IMG/VR virus record: IMGVR_UViG_3300034050_000199
Coordinates: 1 to 53,395 of that record
Source of the DNA: a virus
Lineage: Duplodnaviria; Caudoviricetes
DNA: 53,395 bases
Strand: one strand, 5' to 3'
Of the stretch, positions 46,183 through 53,395 are shown piece by piece. Each line of letters starts with the position of its first letter. Positions within the stretch are counted from its first letter, which is position 1. The notes beneath the pieces are model-generated. The model was not told where the DNA came from and did not search any database. It worked only from the letters and a program-made list of their open reading frames with translations. Position numbers and translations under genes: made by a program.

Positions 46183-49100
46183 ATGGCAAAGTATTTTAAT
46201 AATAACGGAGAAGAATATACTATAGAAGAAATCGTAGCAGCTGCTGAAGAAAACAATAAAAGTGTTGAAGACATTATAGCAGATAATGGTTTAACTATGG
46301 ATGGTGAGAAGCCGGGAAAGTCTCAGGGTGTAACTGCAAAGAAACCGGTAGTTGCACCAAAAAAACGAAAATCGGTTTTACCATCGGGAAATACTTCTTC
46401 GGGTTGGAATACTAAAGAGGCACCAAAATATGGTATTGAAGCTATTACGGAAACTTTTCAAATAAAAAAGAAAGCTCAAGAAAAAAAAGCAGCAACTAAA
46501 AAAGCAGAAGTTAAGAAAAGCAAAGCTGTTGTTAATAATTTTGTAGATGCACAGCCTGATATAGCTAATCCTTTTGATACAACAATAAAAGCAGATGTAA
46601 CTGATCCATTTAATACGGGTGTAAAATTAGATGTAAGTAATATACAAAGCGATTATTTAGGTAGAGAAGATAAAAAAGCAATGCAATTTATTAATTCTAG
46701 TGTTAATTTTGACGAAGCTAACAGTAAGTTAAATGATGAATTAAATGATTCTCAGACTATTGATTATGTAAGAGAAGGAGCAAAAGAATATTATAATGAA
46801 TTAATTGCAAATCCACTTACTGAAGTTGCTGGGTTATTTGGTGCAAATATTGATATAAAAATGGCCCCATATAAACCATTAGAGAATGAGAAGAAACAAG
46901 CTAGAGAAGAATTAGCTAAAAAAGGCATAAAGATTACTAATGAAAAAATAGAAGAAAGAGCTAAATCTATATATATAGATAATCAAATATTAGATCAAAA
47001 AGGTAAAGCTGCTGAAGAATATTTTGACACATTAGATGATGACAAATTAAAAGACCAATTAAAAATTAAAGCGATTGCTGATAAATTAAATGCATCGGAC
47101 AAAGCTAGGCAATATACAATGCTATCTAAAGTTTATGATTCTCAAATAAAAAGCTTTGGTAGTTATGCAAATAATATAAGAAAAAAATACAATGACGGTA
47201 GTATAACGCCTGAAGAGTTAGCAGAATATAAAGTTAAAGCAAAAGAAGCTAAGGAAGCTTATGGATATTTAGAAAATATTTATAAAGACTTTCCTAAAGT
47301 AGAGAAGCAATTAAAAACAGACACAGAAAAACTAGACTTTTATAAATTAAATTATGATGATGTAGAAGGTAATCTAAAAAGATTATATGCAAGTGGTTTA
47401 AAAGTATTAGGTGGAACGTTAAAAATTGGTGGTGAAAGCGCTAAGTTTTTAGAAGAAAGCATAACAGGTAATATAAGCCCAATTGGTACAGGAACAAACT
47501 TAAGTACTATTGGAGGTATGATGTTGGAAGATGCCGAGACCGAAACACAGGATTTAAAATCTATAACTTTTGAAAGTGTTAGTAATTTTAATGATTTTGG
47601 TAAATATATGGGTAATCTGTTCTCAGATCAAATACCTATATATGCTTCAATGTATTTTGGTGGTTCCGCAGGAGCAGGTGCAGTTTCGCTTAGTTCGGGT
47701 GGACAAAAGATACAAGAAATGGAAAACGAAGTTGGAGCTAACTATAGTTTAGGTACAAAGCTACTTACAGGTTATGCTTATGCTACAGCTGAATTCATTC
47801 CAGAAAAAATAGGTACACTTAGAATGTTTGAGAACCTAAAAGGTACTATGGCTTCTGTTGGTAAAGAATCAAGAGAATTATTTAAAGACGGACTATTTAA
47901 GTCTGCTATTGGAATTGGAGGTAAAACGGCAATGGAATCCACCATAGAAGGTGGTACTGAGGGTTTGACTGAATTTTTAGATATGGCTATTGATGAGCAT
48001 TTATTAGGTAAAGAATTTACAGCTCAAACAAAAGTAAAAAGGATTAAAGAGGCTGTTGCCGGTGGAGTATTTATGGCTGGTCCTATGCAAACTATTGGAG
48101 GTGCTAATACTTTAATTGCAAAAGAATTAAAAAACTATGCAACCGAAAACGAAATACAAGAAAGTAAAAAGATTATAGATAGAATCGATTTTTTACAGAA
48201 TGAGTTAGCAACTAATGCTAGTTTATCAAGTAGTGAATCAAATCAAATCAAACAAGAGATAAATAATTTATCTGATACTTCTATTGGTATAATTGAAAAT
48301 TCTCAAGATAGAGTTTACAATATGACTACAGAAGATATGGTTGCTGTAGTTAATATAAATAAAGAACAAGCTAACTTAAAAAATAAGTATACAGAATTAA
48401 TTGACTCTAATTTTTCAAATGAAATTAAAGTTGAAAAAGCAAACGAATTAAATAAGGAATTTAAACAACTTGAAAAAGAAAGACAGTTTTTATTAACGGA
48501 TAAATATGCTACAATAAATAAAGTAGTTAATAACGCTTTGGTTATTAATGACAGCATTGAAAATATAACTAAAATAGCTAATTCTATTGGACAAGTTGAA
48601 TTTGATAATAAAATAGGTGATCAATCTGGTATTGCTGTATTTAATTCACCAAAAGAATTAGGTGAAGCGTATAAAGTATGGTTAGTTAAAGATAATAAAA
48701 ACGAAGATGGTACGGAAAAGAAAACACCTGCTCAAATTGATTTAGAAGTAAAAGAAGCAATTAACTCAGATGGTTTTAAATTACCAAATGGACAAATTGT
48801 AATCAATAAAGCTGTTGCTGCTAATACAGGGGCTATTAACGTTGCTAACCATGAATTCTTACATAAAATACTACAATCAACATTTGAAGATAAAAAACAA
48901 GCTAGTTTATTAGTTAATCAATTTTTAAATGTATTGAGCAATAAAGAAAGAGCTATTGTTCAAAAAAGGATTGATGATAATTATAGATATTCAATAGACG
49001 CAAACGGCAATAAAGTTGAGAATGATTTTGAAGATTATGCTGAAGAATATTTTAATTCATTTATTGATGCTTTAAAATACGAAGAGATTAATAACAAAGA

Positions 49101-52100
49101 TAACTTTAAACAATTATTAATTAGAGTTGCTTATCCTATATTAAAGTATTTTAAAAAATTAGGTTTTAATAAAATAGAATTTGAATCAGGTGATGATGTT
49201 TATCAATTTTTAAAGTCCTACCAAAAAAATATATCAAAAGGTAGAATTAGTAAAAGAGCAACTAAATTACTTAGCCAAGAAAAAGTAGGTGGTAGAGTAA
49301 TGAAATCAAAATCTATTCAAGAAAGAATGGATAAACTTGATGATCAATTAGGTTCAGGAGAAATAGACATTGACATGTACGAGACCCGTATGGTTGCCCT
49401 TGAAAAAGAGGAATTTGAAGAATCTAAAAAAGCATACGAAGAAGAAAAGAAAACGGTTAAAAAAGAACCAACTAAAAAAGAACCAACAGAAATAAGTGAA
49501 TCAGCTGCAAAAGCAAAAGCTAAATTAGATAGTATTGGTAATGATCCTAAAGGGTATAATCCAAACAATCCAGCTATTTACGATGAGCTTGACAAAATGG
49601 TTAAAGCTAAATCAAGAAACTATAGAACTTCAAACGGGACCGTTATTGATCTTACAAGTAAAGAGAAGGGTGGATTAGATGGATTCAATATGGAAGAAAT
49701 GGTAAGTTATGTTAGAACTTCCATGATCCCTTATATTGCTAAATTTGATCCTACTAAAAATAATAGTTTGTATGGCTATATCAATGCCCAGTATATTAAT
49801 AGAATGAAGGCTGCTCTGAAAAGTGGAGAAGTTGCTGATGTTGTATTTACTGAAGATGTTAGTGAAATGACTAAACTTTCTAATGAAGAAGTTGAGGTAA
49901 AAACACCTTCATTACCAGAAAGGAAAAGATACCAGAATATTTTAGAGTCTGGTGTATTTTCACCAGCTGTTATTGAAGATATACAAGCAAAGATATTACC
50001 AATAATAAGAACTTTAAAATCTAAAATAGATGAGAAGGTTTCATTAAATAAAACAGTACCTCCTATTATTGCTGAAATACGTAACGAGATTGGTAAACAA
50101 GCTGATATTGACGTTAAAAGAGCTATGGGCGGTAAAGAAGATGGCCAACTTAGAAAGTTCTTATTAACAAATAAAAAACCTATTCTTGAAAACATGACTA
50201 CTACATGGTTAATGGGTAAAGATAATGGTAAAACAGTTTCAGGTGGTATGCCTTTTGCTGTTCAAAAAAGAATTAATAATCAATGGACAAGTTATCCAGA
50301 TTGGATTGGAAGAAAAGTTGATAGAGAATCTGTTAGCACTGATTTAGCTGGTAGAACATCTGGTGCTGAATTAGTCAGAAGATTACCTAATGTAGCTAAT
50401 AATATTTCTGATGAAGTATTTTTAGAGTCTATTATAGATCCAGTTACAGGATTACCATTAAGAGGTAGAAAAGAATCATTAGCAAAAGCAATAAGCGAGG
50501 AAATTACTTTTGATATAATATCAGATGATTTAGCAAATGAAGGTATATTATCTCAAGCATTACAGAAAAATCAAGAAATACTGGGTGCAGAAATTGGTAA
50601 AGTAATTGTACAAGAGTTTGATAGATTAGCTGAAAGGGGTAATGTTAAATTTTCTTTATCTTCGCAAAAGAATATAAACTTAGATAAAGCAATGCAATAT
50701 CTAATTAAAAATGGCGGAGATGTAATACAAATAGAGGAAGATTTAAAAGAAAGATCTAAAGACGAAAATACTAATGAATTTAGAAAACTTTATAAATATC
50801 TTATAAGCAATAAGGTTACTAAAGATGACATAATTGATATTATTAAAAAATATACAGAAAGTTTATCTAAGATAGCTTATAATTACCATGAAAAGTATTT
50901 AGTAAATTTAATAAACTCTACATCTAAAACAGGGCCAAGAGCTAAATCTTATGGTGGAAATAATAACAATGTTCCTGATATAGTTATTGGAGCGGCTTTT
51001 AGAATAAAAGATAAAGACAAGTTAAATAAATATAACGGTTCATTAGCATTTGTGGAAGCTAAACTAAATGCTTATGCAAGATTGACTTCTGGTACTTTAA
51101 ATGCTTTAAATACTAAGCATAATAATAAAGAATGGGCAAAATCTATAAATGATCTATATTCTAAATTTAATGATTCTACATTAGGAAAACAATTAAACAA
51201 GTATACAGAAAGTAATAAGACTGATGCAGGTGCTCTTGTTATTAAAGATGGTGAATTAAATAATGTAAATAATCTTTTATTAAATAATAAACTAGTAGGT
51301 AAGATTGATTTAGGTATTGATGCAATATTAGATATTAATAATTCTAAAACATTTAAAAACGATCTGTTAATTATAAAAACAACAGTAACAGATTATTTTG
51401 GCGAAGATTTTTTTAATACATACTTTGGCAATGAAGATGTTAGTAAGAATATAATATCTGCACAAATAGAGTTAAAGGTTGAACAAAATAAATTTATAAG
51501 GCCTAGAGTTTACTTTTATATTAATAGAAATATTGCTAACAATATTAATAAATTAAATATAGAAAAAAGCAATTTAACGGAAATACTGCCAAAAGCGGAT
51601 GCTGTAATTAAGAATAAAACTTTATTAAAAGAGAATAAATTAATTGAAAACTCTGTTAAAGTAGTTAATTTTAGTAAATCAATATCAACCGCTACTGATT
51701 ATATTAATAAAAACAATTTAAGAAGATTAGACACTGAAACTTCTTATGAATTACTTGATCAATTAGCAAAAGAAATTGAAAATTATTGGGGTGTTTTACC
51801 TAATGATGTTATTCTTGGAATGAACAGAGCTGTAGATTATGCTGTGGACGTAATAGAAGATCGCGAAGGATCTGGCTTCTTAATGGAAGCATTGAATCAA
51901 GGTTTGAATATTGAGACTGTTAAAAATGCTGAAAAGCAATTAAACGAATTTATTGATAAAAACAAACCAAAAAGCACAATGTATAGCAAATCCTTGGATT
52001 TTGAATTCAATGATATACTAGAAAGAAATACGGGTGTTGCAGCATTTACAAAAGTATCTGATGTAGTGGCTAAAAGAACAGGTATTAAGAAAAACACATT

Positions 52101-53395
52101 ATCATTCTTTGTACCACCTTCAGCTGATGACTTTAGAGGTTTAACAACTTATATGTTTGCTGGTAAAGGTAAACAAGGAGAACAAGATCAAGAATTCTTT
52201 GATAAAAACTTAACTGTTCCGTATGTAAAAGGTATTAATACTTTAGATTCTGTACGTCAGTCTATTAGAAAAGAATATAAGATGTTGCTTAATAATTTCC
52301 CTGATATTAAAAAGAAACTTGAAAAGTTAACACCAGATAAAGGTTTTACTTATGATCAAGCTGTTAGGGTTTATCTTTGGTCGTCAACTGGTAAGGAAGT
52401 TCCTGGTTTATCAAGAACTGATAAGAATAAATTATTGTACTTTGTAAAACAAAATCCTGATTTACTGGCTTTTGCAAACGCATTGTCAATAACGGGTAGA
52501 CAAGATGGCGGCTGGATTGATCCTTCAACAACTTGGGATAGTGAAACTATTATATCTGATCTTCACAATATTACTGAAGGCGCTGGTAGAAAGAAATATC
52601 TAGAGGAGTTTATAGAAAACGCTGATGCAATATTTACAAAAGAAAACCTAAACAAGATACAATCTATATATGGTACAAATACAAGAGAAGCATTAGAAGA
52701 TTCTTTATATAGAATGAAGAATGGTAAGAATAGACCAGAAGGTACTGATAGAGTAACAAATACTTGGATGAACTGGATTAATGGTTCTACTGCTGCAATT
52801 ATGTTCTTTAATACTAGATCAGCATTGTTACAGACTATATCAGCAATTAACTTCATAAACTGGAATGATAATAATCCATATATGGCAGGTAAAGCTTTTC
52901 TTAATCAGAAACAATATTGGTCTGACTTCGCGATGATTATTAATTCCGACAAATTAAAAGAAAGAAGATCTGGTTTAAAAGCCGATGTTACTCAAGCTGA
53001 GATTGCTAATGCTGCAAACAGTGCTAAAAACAAATTTAACGGTGTTATATCTTATTTACAAAAAATAGGTTTTACACCTACACAAGCAGCGGATAGTTTT
53101 TCTATCGCAGTTAGCGGTGCTACATTCTATAGAAATAGAGTTAACACATATTTGAAAGCAGGTGATACTGTACAAGAAGCTGAAGAAAAAGCATTCAATG
53201 ATTTTTCAATCATAACGGATCAATCAATGCAATCCGCCGATCCAATGTACGTTTCAAAACAACAAACAACTGCATTAGGACGCATTATATTGGCTTTTGG
53301 TAATACTCCAATGCAATATAATAGATTGATCAAAAAAGCTACGTTAGACTTAGCTAATAGACGTGGAGATTGGAAAACAAATGTTTCTAAAATTG
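46183..53395 (+). CDS. giant (>2400 aa, 3'-truncated) multidomain internal virion protein: zincin HExxH, sigma-region-2-like, PD-(D/E)xK-like
   Basis: ATG 46183 (MAKYFNNNGEEY...), frame open to the window end; HEFLH at 48850, KFDPTKNNSLYGYI at 49741, PD...EAK at 50974-51063. Confidence 0.85.
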   Translation, partial: MAKYFNNNGEEYTIEEIVAAAEENNKSVEDIIADNGLTMDGEKPGKSQGVTAKKPVVAPKKRKSVLPSGNTSSGWNTKEAPKYGIEAITETFQIKKKAQEKKAATKKAEVKKSKAVVNNFVDAQPDIANPFDTTIKADVTDPFNTGVKLDVSNIQSDYLGREDKKAMQFINSSVNFDEANSKLNDELNDSQTIDYVREGAKEYYNELIANPLTEVAGLFGANIDIKMAPYKPLENEKKQAREELAKKGIKITNEKIEERAKSIYIDNQILDQKGKAAEEYFDTLDDDKLKDQLKIKAIADKLNASDKARQYTMLSKVYDSQIKSFGSYANNIRKKYNDGSITPEELAEYKVKAKEAKEAYGYLENIYKDFPKVEKQLKTDTEKLDFYKLNYDDVEGNLKRLYASGLKVLGGTLKIGGESAKFLEESITGNISPIGTGTNLSTIGGMMLEDAETETQDLKSITFESVSNFNDFGKYMGNLFSDQIPIYASMYFGGSAGAGAVSLSSGGQKIQEMENEVGANYSLGTKLLTGYAYATAEFIPEKIGTLRMFENLKGTMASVGKESRELFKDGLFKSAIGIGGKTAMESTIEGGTEGLTEFLDMAIDEHLLGKEFTAQTKVKRIKEAVAGGVFMAGPMQTIGGANTLIAKELKNYATENEIQESKKIIDRIDFLQNELATNASLSSSESNQIKQEINNLSDTSIGIIENSQDRVYNMTTEDMVAVVNINKEQANLKNKYTELIDSNFSNEIKVEKANELNKEFKQLEKERQFLLTDKYATINKVVNNALVINDSIENITKIANSIGQVEFDNKIGDQSGIAVFNSPKELGEAYKVWLVKDNKNEDGTEKKTPAQIDLEVKEAINSDGFKLPNGQIVINKAVAANTGAINVANHEFLHKILQSTFEDKKQASLLVNQFLNVLSNKERAIVQKRIDDNYRYSIDANGNKVENDFEDYAEEYFNSFIDALKYEEINNKDNFKQLLIRVAYPILKYFKKLGFNKIEFESGDDVYQFLKSYQKNISKGRISKRATKLLSQEKVGGRVMKSKSIQERMDKLDDQLGSGEIDIDMYETRMVALEKEEFEESKKAYEEEKKTVKKEPTKKEPTEISESAAKAKAKLDSIGNDPKGYNPNNPAIYDELDKMVKAKSRNYRTSNGTVIDLTSKEKGGLDGFNMEEMVSYVRTSMIPYIAKFDPTKNNSLYGYINAQYINRMKAALKSGEVADVVFTEDVSEMTKLSNEEVEVKTPSLPERKRYQNILESGVFSPAVIEDIQAKILPIIRTLKSKIDEKVSLNKTVPPIIAEIRNEIGKQADIDVKRAMGGKEDGQLRKFLLTNKKPILENMTTTWLMGKDNGKTVSGGMPFAVQKRINNQWTSYPDWIGRKVDRESVSTDLAGRTSGAELVRRLPNVANNISDEVFLESIIDPVTGLPLRGRKESLAKAISEEITFDIISDDLANEGILSQALQKNQEILGAEIGKVIVQEFDRLAERGNVKFSLSSQKNINLDKAMQYLIKNGGDVIQIEEDLKERSKDENTNEFRKLYKYLISNKVTKDDIIDIIKKYTESLSKIAYNYHEKYLVNLINSTSKTGPRAKSYGGNNNNVPDIVIGAAFRIKDKDKLNKYNGSLAFVEAKLNAYARLTSGTLNALNTKHNNKEWAKSINDLYSKFNDSTLGKQLNKYTESNKTDAGALVIKDGELNNVNNLLLNNKLVGKIDLGIDAILDINNSKTFKNDLLIIKTTVTDYFGEDFFNTYFGNEDVSKNIISAQIELKVEQNKFIRPRVYFYINRNIANNINKLNIEKSNLTEILPKADAVIKNKTLLKENKLIENSVKVVNFSKSISTATDYINKNNLRRLDTETSYELLDQLAKEIENYWGVLPNDVILGMNRAVDYAVDVIEDREGSGFLMEALNQGLNIETVKNAEKQLNEFIDKNKPKSTMYSKSLDFEFNDILERNTGVAAFTKVSDVVAKRTGIKKNTLSFFVPPSADDFRGLTTYMFAGKGKQGEQDQEFFDKNLTVPYVKGINTLDSVRQSIRKEYKMLLNNFPDIKKKLEKLTPDKGFTYDQAVRVYLWSSTGKEVPGLSRTDKNKLLYFVKQNPDLLAFANALSITGRQDGGWIDPSTTWDSETIISDLHNITEGAGRKKYLEEFIENADAIFTKENLNKIQSIYGTNTREALEDSLYRMKNGKNRPEGTDRVTNTWMNWINGSTAAIMFFNTRSALLQTISAINFINWNDNNPYMAGKAFLNQKQYWSDFAMIINSDKLKERRSGLKADVTQAEIANAANSAKNKFNGVISYLQKIGFTPTQAADSFSIAVSGATFYRNRVNTYLKAGDTVQEAEEKAFNDFSIITDQSMQSADPMYVSKQQTTALGRIILAFGNTPMQYNRLIKKATLDLANRRGDWKTNVSKI
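46314..46379 (+). other. -1 programmed ribosomal frameshift signal (slippery G GGA AAG + H-type pseudoknot)
   Basis: In-frame heptamer 46314-46320; 6-nt spacer; stem 1 46327-46337/46348-46358 (11 bp); stem 2 AAACCG 46342-46347/CGGTTT 46373-46378. Confidence 0.75.

Noticed and set aside
46183-53395. Giant ORF as a crAss-type virion RNA polymerase
   Set aside because: No convincing DxDxD catalytic loop seen in the visible part (EIDIDMY near 49360 lies in a charged helical linker); the C-terminus is outside the window, so it is not fully excluded

Overview
AT-rich lytic tailed-phage DNA, standard genetic code, no integrase or CRISPR. A-rich, SD-less translation starts and the gene content point to a Bacteroidota (Flavobacteriaceae-like) host and a podovirus-type, crAss/phi14:2-like structural module. 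There are two divergent arms. The left arm (1-10.4 kb, minus strand) has about 35 small early/accessory genes, 12 copies of a rigidly spaced promoter-like motif, a second 10-bp motif, two long inverted-repeat sites (a third is at 10768) and a tRNA-like structured RNA region. The right arm (10.9-53.4 kb, plus strand) has small basic proteins, tail fibres, holin/endolysin/u-spanin, GroEL-GroES, a CAT tRNA, terminase, portal, scaffold, major capsid, tail ring/muzzle proteins and internal virion proteins. It ends in a >2400-aa ORF (46183 to the window end) that the ORF track missed. Main candidate system: this giant, probably injected protein carries a HExxH zincin, a sigma-70 region-2-like segment and a PD-(D/E)xK motif separated by a repeated possible cleavage motif, and could deliver the specificity factor for the 12 early promoters. 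Its 5' end has a canonical -1 frameshift signal (G GGA AAG, 6-nt spacer, H-type pseudoknot) predicting a 77-aa alternative product. A 43-aa basic ORF is nested out of frame in the scaffold gene. All functional calls come from reading motifs by eye; no searches were run.
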